Below, piece after piece: positions 9,587-19,483 of a stretch of 64,000 nt of DNA. The DNA comes from Candidatus Binatia bacterium (lineage in GTDB: Bacteria; Desulfobacterota; Binatia; UBA9968): positions 17,654 through 81,653 of the forward strand of contig DASXRG010000136.1 of assembly GCA_036506735.1 (NCBI GenBank). Reading direction: 5' to 3'. The notes under the pieces were generated by a model. That model saw only the letters and a program-made list of their open reading frames with translations, did not search any database and was not told the origin of the DNA. The position numbers and the translations under genes are program-made. How positions within the stretch are numbered: the stretch's first letter is position 1; each line of letters starts with the position of its first letter.

Positions 9587-10753
9587 GTGAGTAGCGCGTT
9601 GCGAATGTTCGGTATCCTTGGATTTTTCATCTTGGGATTTTTCTTCCATTCGTTGCCGCTCTCAGCCGCGGAAACCAAGCCCGCCTGGCAGGCCGAATGG
9701 GAGAAAGCCGTGCGAGCGGCCGAGCAGGAGGGCCAAGTCGTCGTTTACATCGCCGGCTATGAGGCGGTGATCGCCGCGGGAATTTTTCAGAAGGCATATC
9801 CAAAAATCCGCGTCGTGACCGTGAGCGGATCCGGCACGCAGCTCGCGCCGCGCATCGCCTCGGAGAGAAGAGCGGGCAAGTACCTGGCCGACGTTTACAA
9901 CGGCGGCGGCAACTCGCTGCACCAGATTCTCTATCTCGGCAAGATGCTCGATCCGATCAAGCGCGCGCTGATCCTCCCCGAAGTTCTGGACGAGTCGAAA
10001 TGGTGGGAAGGAAAACACAAGTATGTCGATCCCGAGAGCATGTATGTCTTCGTCTACGAGGGCAACGTCTCGAGCGGCGGCGGCCTGAGCTACAACACCA
10101 AGCTCCTTAACGCGAAGGACTACAGGTCCTTCTGGGATTTCCTCGATCCCAAATTGAAGGGAAAGATCGTCGCCGCAGACCTGAGACAAGTGAGAGGCGC
10201 GGGACTATCGTGGCAGTATCTCTACTACCACCCGCAGCTCGGGCCGGCCTACATCAAGCGCCTTTACGGCGAAATGGACGTGACCATGTCGGCGGATTTG
10301 CGCCAAGCGGTAGACTGGATGGCGATGGGGAAAGTGGTTCTCTGCATTCCTTGTCAAGGCTCGGGCGTAGCGCGGGCGCGAAATCAGGGACTTCCCGTCG
10401 ATCAGTTCGAGCCGTTTCATTTCAAGGAAGGAGTGTCGATCTCTTCGGCCTTCGGCCAACTGGCGTTGCTGAACCGAGCGCCGCATCCGAACGCGGCCAA
10501 GGTATTCATCAATTGGCTCCTCTCGCGCGACGGCCAGAGCGCGTTTCAGAAAATCATGAGCGAGCCCGGCGACCCGCGCGACTCGCGCCGGGTCGACGTG
10601 CCCAAGGACCACATCCCGCCCGGCGAGCGGCGGAGAGACGGGATGCGCTACTTCGACACCGACGATCCCGAGACCAAGGACATAACACCCATCACAAAGC
10701 TTCTCGACGAGCTCCTGGCCAAGAAAAAGCCAGCAGACGGCAGCGCGCCTTAA
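9587..10753 (+). CDS. ABC substrate-binding protein, Fe(III)/polyamine-like class
   Basis: Signal peptide, AAEQEG, APHPNAAKVFINWLLSRDGQ. Confidence 0.85.
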   Translation: MSSALRMFGILGFFILGFFFHSLPLSAAETKPAWQAEWEKAVRAAEQEGQVVVYIAGYEAVIAAGIFQKAYPKIRVVTVSGSGTQLAPRIASERRAGKYLADVYNGGGNSLHQILYLGKMLDPIKRALILPEVLDESKWWEGKHKYVDPESMYVFVYEGNVSSGGGLSYNTKLLNAKDYRSFWDFLDPKLKGKIVAADLRQVRGAGLSWQYLYYHPQLGPAYIKRLYGEMDVTMSADLRQAVDWMAMGKVVLCIPCQGSGVARARNQGLPVDQFEPFHFKEGVSISSAFGQLALLNRAPHPNAAKVFINWLLSRDGQSAFQKIMSEPGDPRDSRRVDVPKDHIPPGERRRDGMRYFDTDDPETKDITPITKLLDELLAKKKPADGSAP

Positions 10754-10886
10754 GGGCGCTACGGCCGAGCATCGTCACGTACGTTTTGTACCAAATTCTC
10801 CCCTGCCTGAACATTTTTGTGTTTAGTCCAACCCCCTGATTTACAGCGGGATTGACGGAAAAAATTTCCTACCGGCAAATTTTTCC

Positions 10887-10913
10887 TAAAGCCCCGGCAT
10901 TTGTTGCCGATGC
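10887..10913 (+). promoter_or_regulatory. Putative sigma-28 (FliA) promoter
   Basis: TAAA-N15-GCCGATGC versus consensus TAAA-N15-GCCGATAA, about 70 nt upstream of the 710-aa ORF. Confidence 0.7.
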
Positions 10914-10981
10914 CAATGCAGTGGCCAGGAAAGCACCCGTCCCAAGGCCTTCCAATTTAATCATTCGATATAAGGAACCCT

Positions 10982-13114
10982 GTGAAGACCAAACTCGATC
11001 TTCCTTCGAACTTGTTTAGCTATAAACCGACCCAACTCGCCAGCGGCATGCTGGACCGGGTGCGCAAGAAAGGCGTCGGCGCGATCGCGCCCGAGAAGGG
11101 CCTTTCACAAAAAGGCCTTTCTCAAGCCGTCGCCCAAAGCGCTCTAAAGATCCAGCAGCAACTCAGCGTCAAGGCGAACACCGACAACCGCGTCCAGTCG
11201 CGCGTCGAGAGCCAAACGGCGCGGTCGGCGGTGCAGGACGGCCAAACCGTCAAGGTCTTAACCAAGCAGGCGATTCAAGGGGAAACCAATCAGCAGCAGC
11301 GGTCGGAAGTCTCGCAGCGCTCCCAGCAGGTGGTCCAGGGCCAAACCAACGGCAAGCCGGTCTACAAAAATGTGGAGCGGGAGGTTTTTCAGATCAACGT
11401 CGGAAACAGGGAAGCGGAGTTCAAGGAAGTGCGCGTCAACCACGACAGCTCGACGCGGAACGTCGTGCAGAAGGCCAACGCCACGCGCGTGAGCCTCAGC
11501 ACTGACAGTTCCAGCACCCGAAACCGTAGCGATACGGTCGCCGCTCAGAACCGAACCGAGACCGAGACCTACGTCAGAACCTACGACTCTTTGGGCAATT
11601 TGGTGAGCGAGAAGGCGAGCCGGCAAGCCGTTACGACGACGCAGCAGCAGCAATCGGCCGTGAAGGCGCAGGCGGAGGCGAGCCGGCAAGTCGCGCAGCA
11701 GACCACCGTCGAGGCGAGCCAGGAAGGTAAGAAATCCGTCCGCGCGGGCACGACCGAAACGACCGACACTTCCAAGGGTCATCAACAAATCGAAACTCAA
11801 ATCCAATCGAAGACCGCCACGTTGGTGGAAAACCTCGGCGCCGACGGAGAGGTTCTTTCCGCCAAGGCCAGCGCGCAGCAGGTGACGACGACCGAGGCGA
11901 GAACGATCGACACGAGCCGCGCGAGCCACACCGAGCAAACCAACCTGACGCGCACCGGCCCGGATCAATTGGAAACCACAAGCCATACCCAATACGATAC
12001 CAGAGCCAGGACCGTGGATCAGATCAAAACCGAAGGCGACACGCAGCAATTCGACGACAAGGGCGCGCTGGTGCGCGAGCAGGCCTTCGAGCGACAGGTC
12101 ACCACGACCAGCACCGAGAACCGAAACGGCGAATCGCAGACGCGCGCGGCGACCAGCAAAGAAAAGAACGGCGACACCGTGGCGGAAACCGACATTACGT
12201 CAAGCGAATCGGTCGCCGCCGCAACGAGAGTCGTGTCCGAACAGGGCGGCGCGAAAACCGAAAGGGTGATCGAGAGCCAACTCCACACCGAACTGCGCGC
12301 CGACTTGGCGAACCGAATGGAGGCCGACGGGCAGAGGACGATCTCGTTCGACACGCAGCAGACCCGCACGGCACAAACCGCCGATCTGACCGCGGGCACG
12401 AATGGCCAGGGCCGCCTCGTCGAGAGCGAAACGAAGATCGCCCAACTAGCCCGCGGCCAAATCGAATATTCGCCCGAGACGCAGCAAGTCGGCGTCCACG
12501 CCGGAGCGGGCGCGATCATCGTCGACATTAGAAGCGCCGCCGGACTGCGCGCCAGCTTTAAACTCGATGAAGGACAGCTTGAATTCGACTTTTCGGCCGA
12601 GACTGCGACGGTCTCTCATCAGGAAGTCACGACCGGGAAAGTGATCCAGGGAAACGACGGCGCATCGACCGTGACGGGCTCATCCACCGACTCGCAGCGT
12701 GCTTCTGTCGAGACCGTTCACTTTCACGGCCACGTCAACGCGTCCGTCGATGCCGCAGGCAACCGGGTGTTGGAGCTCGACGGAGAACTCACTCAGGATT
12801 CAGCCGCCGTTCTCGTAGCCAACCAGCAGCAGGGAATCCAGGCCGAGCGAAGCTACACAGAGCTGGATGTCTTCGGGCGGCTGGCGGTCAATCGCCAGGT
12901 CTCCACGAACGGTTCCGCAACCGAGTTTCAGACTCAGGCTGAAGCCGAGCTGACAGTGGCTCGCGTCGAGAAGCGCGAAGACGCCGCGGTCGGCATGGCG
13001 AGCCTCAGTCGCTTGACCACGGCCGATGCCGTGCGCGCGGGTTTCCAAGCCTATCGCAGCACGATTCAACTTCACGTCGGCGGCTTCGATCTCGGCATCA
13101 GCTTCGTAGCTTAG
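10982..13114 (+). CDS. Large Thr/Gln/Ser-rich hypothetical protein with internal repeats
   Basis: 710-aa ORF, GTG start after AAGGA, no Cys or Trp, no signal peptide; three repeats ending in VTTT. Confidence 0.8.
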   Translation: MKTKLDLPSNLFSYKPTQLASGMLDRVRKKGVGAIAPEKGLSQKGLSQAVAQSALKIQQQLSVKANTDNRVQSRVESQTARSAVQDGQTVKVLTKQAIQGETNQQQRSEVSQRSQQVVQGQTNGKPVYKNVEREVFQINVGNREAEFKEVRVNHDSSTRNVVQKANATRVSLSTDSSSTRNRSDTVAAQNRTETETYVRTYDSLGNLVSEKASRQAVTTTQQQQSAVKAQAEASRQVAQQTTVEASQEGKKSVRAGTTETTDTSKGHQQIETQIQSKTATLVENLGADGEVLSAKASAQQVTTTEARTIDTSRASHTEQTNLTRTGPDQLETTSHTQYDTRARTVDQIKTEGDTQQFDDKGALVREQAFERQVTTTSTENRNGESQTRAATSKEKNGDTVAETDITSSESVAAATRVVSEQGGAKTERVIESQLHTELRADLANRMEADGQRTISFDTQQTRTAQTADLTAGTNGQGRLVESETKIAQLARGQIEYSPETQQVGVHAGAGAIIVDIRSAAGLRASFKLDEGQLEFDFSAETATVSHQEVTTGKVIQGNDGASTVTGSSTDSQRASVETVHFHGHVNASVDAAGNRVLELDGELTQDSAAVLVANQQQGIQAERSYTELDVFGRLAVNRQVSTNGSATEFQTQAEAELTVARVEKREDAAVGMASLSRLTTADAVRAGFQAYRSTIQLHVGGFDLGISFVA

Positions 13115-13119
13115 GAGTC

Positions 13120-14031
13120 ATGAGCCAGCTCCATATCGATGAACGACAGTCCGCGCGCCACGCGGACCTCTCCGACCATCATCACGAGGCGAACCGGCTC
13201 GCGCGGGAAGGGCGTCTCGCCCAGGCGGTGGCCCAGTGGGAGCTGTCGTTGAACGACGCGCCGCAATGCGCCGCCACCCATTACAATTTGGGGCTCGCCT
13301 ACTATCGCCAGGGAAATTTCGCCAAAGCCGCGAGCCATTGGCAAAAAGCCGCCGATGTCGATCCGCGCCATCCCGAGGCCCCTTATGCGTTGGGCCTCGC
13401 CTACTCCGAGCAAGGGCTGGTCGATCAGGCGAGAGACACTTTCGAGAGATTTCTGCAAACCAACCCGCGCCACCCCGCGACCTTGAATAATTTGGGACTC
13501 CTGCAGGCGCAAAAGCAACGCTTCGAAGAGGCGGCCGATTATTTCCGCCGGGCGATAGAAGCCAACCCCGGCTATGCCAACGCTCACTACAATCTCGGGA
13601 CCGTGTGGTATGAACAGGGAAAATATCCGGAGGCGATCGAAGCATTAAAGAAAGTTCTCGATCTCGAGCCGGGCTACGCCATGGCGCACCATAATCTCGG
13701 CCTCTGTCACGATCGTCTGGGAAATTTTGACGATGCGGAAAGATCGTTCCATCAAGCGCAGGCCTTGGATCCCGATTTCCCGCCGGCCTATTACAATCTC
13801 GGTCTCGTCTACTATCATTGGCAGCGATATGACGAAGCGATCGCGAGCTACCGCCAGGCCAAGGCTCGCGGGTTCGACAACTCGCTGCTCCGCTATGAGT
13901 TAGGCCTCGCTTATTCGGCTCTCGGCAGGAAATACGAGACGCTGAAGGTGTGGCAATCGATCGTCGCGGACGACCCGCACGGGCCACTGACCCCGGAAGT
14001 CAAGCTGCGGATCGCCGACCTCTTCACATAA
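13120..14031 (+). CDS. Tetratricopeptide repeat protein
   Basis: Repeated HYNLG/NNLG TPR units; AGGAG RBS; 5 nt after the upstream stop. Confidence 0.92.
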   Translation: MSQLHIDERQSARHADLSDHHHEANRLAREGRLAQAVAQWELSLNDAPQCAATHYNLGLAYYRQGNFAKAASHWQKAADVDPRHPEAPYALGLAYSEQGLVDQARDTFERFLQTNPRHPATLNNLGLLQAQKQRFEEAADYFRRAIEANPGYANAHYNLGTVWYEQGKYPEAIEALKKVLDLEPGYAMAHHNLGLCHDRLGNFDDAERSFHQAQALDPDFPPAYYNLGLVYYHWQRYDEAIASYRQAKARGFDNSLLRYELGLAYSALGRKYETLKVWQSIVADDPHGPLTPEVKLRIADLFT

Positions 14032-14033
14032 TC

Positions 14034-15011
14034 TCACTGGTCACGCAAAACTTTTTCCAACGGCCCGTTTTCCCGGAACGGCTCCGGCCATCCCAGATAT
14101 TCTTTGAACTCGGGACGTTTTCCGATCAAGTCTTTCACCACGTTGTCGATCCCCTTGTCCGGCACCCGAGGCGCCCGCTTGAAAAGCGGCGCGTACACGG
14201 CCACCGACCGTTTGACGATCCCGAGATCTTTTTCCCGCAGCCATTTGGCAAACGACTTTTCCGCCAACGCGCGATCCTTTCGGATCAAATGAATCGCCGC
14301 GACGTAGGCCCGGAGAAAGTCCTCGGTGAGCTTCGGCTCCGCTTTGATAAACGCGCGGCTGCTGGTCACGCAGGATGAAGGATAAATCAAATCCGTTTTG
14401 CTGAGATCGACGAGCACCGGCCAGCCGCGATCCAAAAAAGATATCGCGTAGCGGGTCGTCAGGGCGGCTGCGGCGATGCGCCCCGCTTCCAACGCCGCGA
14501 CCATTTCCGGCCCGGCGCCCAACTGCAGGACCGTCACGTCCCGCTCGGGATCGAGGCCGGCGTGCTTCAGCGCCGCGCGGAGATAGAAATGCGTGCTCGA
14601 ACCGTAGCGCGTCACGCCGCTCGCCAGGCCCTTGAGCTCCGCCGGCGACTTGATTTCGGGACGCGCGATCAGGTAGACGGGGTCGGTGTCGATGGGACAG
14701 GCGAGCAAAACCACGTCGCCTCCCGCCACCCGCGCCGCCACCACCGATTCCGCGCCGACGCCGGAAAACGGCAGATCGCCGGTGATGATGACCAGCGCAA
14801 TCAATGAGCCGCCGCGAATCTGCACCGGCTCGACTTCCAAGCCATGCCGGGCAAAAAGGCCGGCGTCTTTCGCCACCCAGACGGGAAGATGCGCGGGCGA
14901 GGCGGTCGTTCCGTAGTAGATGCGTCTCAGCTCCTGCGCCGGGGTTGGCCGGCCAACCAGGAGCAACGCCGCGCAGATGGCGAGCTGAATTTTAAATTTG
15001 AAGCCGGTCAT
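14034..15011 (-). CDS. NitT/TauT-family ABC substrate-binding protein
   Basis: Signal peptide, PVWVAKDAGLFARHGL, GVTRYGSSTH. Confidence 0.88.
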   Translation of the reverse strand: MTGFKFKIQLAICAALLLVGRPTPAQELRRIYYGTTASPAHLPVWVAKDAGLFARHGLEVEPVQIRGGSLIALVIITGDLPFSGVGAESVVAARVAGGDVVLLACPIDTDPVYLIARPEIKSPAELKGLASGVTRYGSSTHFYLRAALKHAGLDPERDVTVLQLGAGPEMVAALEAGRIAAAALTTRYAISFLDRGWPVLVDLSKTDLIYPSSCVTSSRAFIKAEPKLTEDFLRAYVAAIHLIRKDRALAEKSFAKWLREKDLGIVKRSVAVYAPLFKRAPRVPDKGIDNVVKDLIGKRPEFKEYLGWPEPFRENGPLEKVLRDQ

Positions 15012-15159
15012 CGCGACTCGACCCGGCCGGGCTGTGACGGGCGACAGACCTCAGCCGCAGTCTTGATAATCGCTTATATTCCGCGGAACGTTCGCCCGTC
15101 AACGGGAGAAATGTTGGGGCTTTGGAGCGAATGGGCCTGTTCACGAAGGAATGCGACGG

Positions 15160-15603
15160 CTACTTTCCCCGCACCGTCAGCACCGGGCAGAAAGCCTGCG
15201 AGACGACCCGGCTGGCAACGCTGCCCATGAGCAACTTTGAAATGCCGGTGCGGCCGTGCGTGCCGATCACGATCATGTCGGCGCGGCGATTTTTCGCGGC
15301 GCGAACGATTTGATCGTGCGCCACGCCTTTGAGCAGCAGGTTCGTCACCTTGATTTTCGTCCGCTTGAGTTTGTTCGCCAGCGTCGCGAGCGAAGACTGC
15401 GCTTGCTGCCGGGCGGTTTTTTCCAACTCGACATAGAGAAGCGGATCCGCCTCGGGCTCCGGCGGATACATCACGTGCGGGACCAGAACGTGGACCAGCA
15501 GCAGCTCGGCTTTGAATTGTTTGGCAAAATCCACGGCTGTTTCCAGCGCCCGGCTCGAGGCCTTGGAAAAATCGGTCGCATGGAGAATCCGACGCAGTTT
15601 CAT
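15160..15603 (-). CDS. Universal stress protein (UspA family)
   Basis: ILHATDFS...IVIGTHGRTGISKLLMGSVASRVV...CPVLTVR; ATG 15603. Confidence 0.95.
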   Translation of the reverse strand: MKLRRILHATDFSKASSRALETAVDFAKQFKAELLLVHVLVPHVMYPPEPEADPLLYVELEKTARQQAQSSLATLANKLKRTKIKVTNLLLKGVAHDQIVRAAKNRRADMIVIGTHGRTGISKLLMGSVASRVVSQAFCPVLTVRGK

Positions 15604-15662
15604 AACACCCTCCCCTGCCCTCACCGCTTATCCAGAGTTATGACGCGCCGCCGCAAAAGCAC

Positions 15663-16067
15663 TTACAATGAAGTGCGATGCCGATGATAAGTGTGGTCGG
15701 GGTGATCGTCCGGATGCCGTTCTACGTCCGGATGACGCTCTACGGGATAAGCTTCTCTTTCTCCTCCAAGTCGCGCATTCTCGATCTCCAGTTCGTGGAC
15801 CCGCTGTTCGAGCTCAGCCACCGTGCGCCGGCTATTTCTCACCGCCCGATCTCTGCCGTAAATGGTCATCCTTGCCGAAACGGACTGAGCCACGTAAAGA
15901 ATCCACGCGATGAGGAGCCCGGCGAGGAGCGAGCCGACTACGACTAAATACAGCGGGACTTCCTCCAGGGCGTACTCCGCGAGCCGGATCGTCACGGGAA
16001 CCGTATTTTGAGTTGCAAAGTAACCGATGCCCAATCCAAAAACCACCGCAATAAGTAAAGGTAACAT
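15663..16067 (-). CDS. LapA (DUF1049) family membrane protein
   Basis: Two TM helices with FATQNTVPV...VPLYLVV, followed by a coiled coil. Confidence 0.8.
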   Translation of the reverse strand: MLPLLIAVVFGLGIGYFATQNTVPVTIRLAEYALEEVPLYLVVVGSLLAGLLIAWILYVAQSVSARMTIYGRDRAVRNSRRTVAELEQRVHELEIENARLGGEREAYPVERHPDVERHPDDHPDHTYHRHRTSL

Positions 16068-16197
16068 AGTTCGCTCCTTCCTATAGACACACGCTTCTAA
16101 AAAATTTTACCGGCGTTGGAAAAACAAGTCGATCCGGGTGAATACCTTATGCGTATAAACTCTGCCGCCGGGTGTCAGGTAAGGACTAGGGCGGCCG

Positions 16198-17190
16198 TCA
16201 CTCGACCTTGTAGCCCAGCTCCTTGGCGATTTCGATCGCGAATCTGGGCTCGGCGACGTCTTGAAACGATACGGTCTTGGCGGAGGGTTTGAGCTGCGAC
16301 TGGACCATTTTGATGATGTTGTTCATGCCTTCTTCCGTCGGAATGCCGGTGTCATTGAAGTTGCTTTGCACCAGGCTATAGGTTTCCGCGGCGGTTTCCC
16401 GATCCATATTGAGGACGCGCACGATCAGATCGATAGTTTTTTCTTTCGCCTTGAGCATCTCTCTTTTGGCGAGCTGCAGCGCGCGAATCAGTCTCTTGAC
16501 CTCGTCGGGACGGTTTTTGATCGTTCGAAGCATCGCGGTCAGTCCGCCCGACGGCATCTCGACCAGCGCGCCGACGTCGAGCAGTTTACGAAAACCCTGC
16601 CGCTGGGCGAAAAACATATAAGGAGGATTCAGGGACGCGGCGTCGAGAAACTTCGATTCCAACGAGGAGACGAGCTGCATCGGCGGCACGGACATGATGA
16701 TGAAATCTTTGGCGTTGAATCCCTGCTTCTCCAGCGCGAACGTCAACGCGACGTGGCTGGTGCCGCCGAGACCGCTTACGCCGATGCGCTTTTGTTTGAG
16801 ATCGTGAACGGTTTTAAATTCCGGCCGCGCCATCAGCCAATAGGCGATCCGGTTGGTCGACGACCACACGGCGCGGGAGTCGAGGCCGCTCAGGCTCGCC
16901 CCGACCGTCGCCGGCCCGATGCCCGATTGGTAGTCGAGATCTCCCGAGACCAGCGCGGCGGCCGCGGCCGACGAGCGCATGAGGATGATCTCGACTTCGA
17001 GCCCCTGGCCGGCGAAAAATTTCCAGTCGCGCGCCGCGATCAGCGGCAGCGCGGTGAAGCTGAAGTTGGCATTGGAGATTCTAATCCTGCGCCGCTCTTG
17101 CGAGCCGGCGCTCGCAGCGTGGAGCAAAAAGAAAACCAGCAGGCACGCGGCGGACAACCGGCGGAGCGAGCTTTCGAGTCGCATCGTCAA
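16198..17190 (-). CDS. NitT/TauT-family ABC substrate-binding protein
   Basis: Signal peptide, LKQKRIGVSGLGGTSH. Confidence 0.88.
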   Translation of the reverse strand: MTMRLESSLRRLSAACLLVFFLLHAASAGSQERRRIRISNANFSFTALPLIAARDWKFFAGQGLEVEIILMRSSAAAAALVSGDLDYQSGIGPATVGASLSGLDSRAVWSSTNRIAYWLMARPEFKTVHDLKQKRIGVSGLGGTSHVALTFALEKQGFNAKDFIIMSVPPMQLVSSLESKFLDAASLNPPYMFFAQRQGFRKLLDVGALVEMPSGGLTAMLRTIKNRPDEVKRLIRALQLAKREMLKAKEKTIDLIVRVLNMDRETAAETYSLVQSNFNDTGIPTEEGMNNIIKMVQSQLKPSAKTVSFQDVAEPRFAIEIAKELGYKVE

Positions 17191-18185
17191 CGGCCCTGAC
17201 CCGGGAAAACCGCGCTGTCGCGGACCTTGTTGAGCAGGCTCATGTCTTCGAGGTCGTCCGGCGTAAACGTCTTGGCGATTTTCAAGGTCTCGCGATAAAT
17301 TTCGATCTCCGTCTCCACCGCCTTGCGCGGCTTCGTGCCGTCTTTGCTGTAACTCGGCAGCATCGCGGTAAACGATTTTTCCGCCAGCACCGGATCGATT
17401 TTGTGAAAAGCCGCGATGTACTGAATCATTTCGTTCCGGTTCGCCGGATTGTGCAAGTAGGCCATGGTTTTGAGTAAGCCGGCGATCAGCGTCTGTGCTT
17501 TAGTGGAATTTTTCGCCAGCGTGACCGTTGAAGTCACGAGACCGATGAAGCTCAAAGGCGCGTATGCCTTGGCTTCGGCGAGATGGCTGTATCCTTTCGC
17601 TTCGAGCTCTTGCGCGAACGGCGGCGCCAGCATCGTCGCCGCGACCTTGCCGGTCGTCAAAGACTTGTAAGCGGTCTCGGTCACGCCAGTGGAGAGCAAA
17701 GTGACGCGCGCGGGATCGACGCCGTTCGCTTTTAAAATTATTTTCGCCGCCATGCCGGTGGCGTCGGTGATCGCGTTCACGCTGACGACCTTGCCGGCCA
17801 GCTCTTGAACGCTCTTCAGCTCCGGCTGGCCGACGAGCACGTGCGCCGGCTCGTGCTGCACATAAAAAATGCGCCGCAGCGGATGGCCCTGCATGATGGC
17901 GGAAGTCGCCGCTCCCAGCGTCGTGGAAAAATCCAGCTCGCCGGCGACGAGAGCGACGATGGCGGTCGGCGGCGCCATTGCGACGAACTGTATTTCGATC
18001 GCTTCCCGGGGAAAGAAACCCTTATCCTTGCCGAAGTAGTAAGGCATCAGCGCAAGGCTCTTCGAAGGAATGTGGATCGTGACCTTGGCCGGCTGCGATG
18101 CGGGTTGGCTGAGCGATGGCCAAAGAACCGACACGACGGCGAAAACGACGACCGACAGCAGCCATCGACGCGCAGCACTCTTCAC
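17187..18185 (-). CDS. NitT/TauT-family ABC substrate-binding protein
   Basis: Signal peptide, GKDKGFF, ALVAGELDF. Confidence 0.88.
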   Translation of the reverse strand: MKSAARRWLLSVVVFAVVSVLWPSLSQPASQPAKVTIHIPSKSLALMPYYFGKDKGFFPREAIEIQFVAMAPPTAIVALVAGELDFSTTLGAATSAIMQGHPLRRIFYVQHEPAHVLVGQPELKSVQELAGKVVSVNAITDATGMAAKIILKANGVDPARVTLLSTGVTETAYKSLTTGKVAATMLAPPFAQELEAKGYSHLAEAKAYAPLSFIGLVTSTVTLAKNSTKAQTLIAGLLKTMAYLHNPANRNEMIQYIAAFHKIDPVLAEKSFTAMLPSYSKDGTKPRKAVETEIEIYRETLKIAKTFTPDDLEDMSLLNKVRDSAVFPGQGR

Positions 18186-18214
18186 GAGACTCCCATTAGA
18201 ATTGATTGACCGTG

Positions 18215-18409
18215 TTATGTTTCGTATTGCTCAAGAGCGCCCGGCACCGGGCAATAAGGCAAGCACTCTCCGCAACCCGTGCATTCTTTCTCGATGACCT
18301 CGAACCGGTGGTGGATCTCCTGCATCATGGGGTGCACGGCGCCCTCGGGACAGGCTTCCCGGCAGAGACCGCAAGCGATGCACAGGCTCTGATCGATTCT
18401 GACTTTCAT
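18215..18409 (-). CDS. 2[4Fe-4S] ferredoxin (64 aa)
   Basis: CIACGLCREACP and CTGCGECLPYCP; ATG 18409 overlaps the upstream stop (ATGA). Confidence 0.93.
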   Translation of the reverse strand: MKVRIDQSLCIACGLCREACPEGAVHPMMQEIHHRFEVIEKECTGCGECLPYCPVPGALEQYET

Positions 18410-19164
18410 GCGGGCGGCTCGCCTCCGCCCGCACCGCCCAAGGCGCGGGTCGGCGCAGACGCCCAGGGCTTGAGCAGGAAATCGAAAACTTCTTCGATGG
18501 GCTTTTGATCTTCGGGAGTCAACGCGTAGGCGTCGATTTGATATTTTCCTTCCATGAAGTGCATCATCTCCTCGACCTCCTGGCTGCGCAACTGGTGGCG
18601 GATCAAAGGATCGTCGACAACGCTCAAGGTCGCCGTGATGCTCAAGCATGCGGTCGCTTCGTTGAAGTAGTGCTGGCCCGCGCGAGCGAGCGGGTGGATG
18701 TGCGGGAACATCGACGTCATGCCGAAGTAGGCGAGCTTGGGCTGCGTATTCGCGCGCGGATCGTCCATCAACTCCTCCTCCCGTTTGACCCAACCGCCGC
18801 GAATGAGCACGTCCGCGTGGAGCTGGCCGTGCTTGACTTCGTCCCAGATCTGGCGCGCCCGCATGCGCTGAAGATCGATGTACTTGGGCTGCTCGTCGAC
18901 CGTCACCGAAAGGATCTGCGTCGACATCTGCTTGATCGACATGCAGGGCCCCTCGACGGCATATCCGGCCAAAGCCCGCGCGGCCTTCCAATCGTCGCGC
19001 CCCGACTTGAGATCCGCCGCGGCGGTCTTCAGCGCTCCGGCCACAATGTTGTCCCAGACCGGAATGCAGCGCTCGGTCTGGCGCATGCGAAAATCGACCC
19101 CGGCGCCGGCGAAGCCTACCGGATAGACCCACTTGGTTAAAAAATCTTCCAGAATCGGCTGCAT
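18406..19164 (-). CDS. Ferritin-like di-iron carboxylate protein (putative catalytic subunit)
   Basis: E71...DE109VKH112...E169...EE199MMH202 matches the E/ExxH/E/ExxH ligand pattern. Confidence 0.8.
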   Translation of the reverse strand: MQPILEDFLTKWVYPVGFAGAGVDFRMRQTERCIPVWDNIVAGALKTAAADLKSGRDDWKAARALAGYAVEGPCMSIKQMSTQILSVTVDEQPKYIDLQRMRARQIWDEVKHGQLHADVLIRGGWVKREEELMDDPRANTQPKLAYFGMTSMFPHIHPLARAGQHYFNEATACLSITATLSVVDDPLIRHQLRSQEVEEMMHFMEGKYQIDAYALTPEDQKPIEEVFDFLLKPWASAPTRALGGAGGGEPPA

Positions 19165-19173
19165 GAAATCGCG

Positions 19174-19467
19174 CTACTCCTCGGCCGCTTTCGACGCGGC
19201 GCTACGCGGCCATCTGAGATCGTCGGTCCAGACCTCGGGCGGCGGAGGAACGAGAGATCTGCCGGTGTCCGATTCGACGATCGATCCTTCCGCCGGACAG
19301 TACATGAGACAAACCGTGCACTTCGGATAGATGCAGCGATCGTCGATCTCCAAGAGATGCTGGTCGGTAGAGGAGACCACGACGGCGTTCAAGTTGATCT
19401 CCCGGCACGCGACGTAGCACATCCGGCACTCGGTGCATTTTGCGTGGTCGATTTTTAAGCGCGCCAT
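19174..19467 (-). CDS. Dicluster ferredoxin with atypical second motif and Pro-rich tail
   Basis: CTECRMCYVAC and CIYPKCTVCLMYCP; ATG 19467. Confidence 0.88.
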   Translation of the reverse strand: MARLKIDHAKCTECRMCYVACREINLNAVVVSSTDQHLLEIDDRCIYPKCTVCLMYCPAEGSIVESDTGRSLVPPPPEVWTDDLRWPRSAASKAAEE

Positions 19468-19483
19468 GACCTGGACCAATCCC

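Noticed and set aside
18410-19132. Long N-terminal extension of the ferredoxin given in the ORF track (305 aa)
   Set aside because: It overlaps the ferritin-like gene in another frame; the likely start is ATG 18409, coupled to the upstream stop
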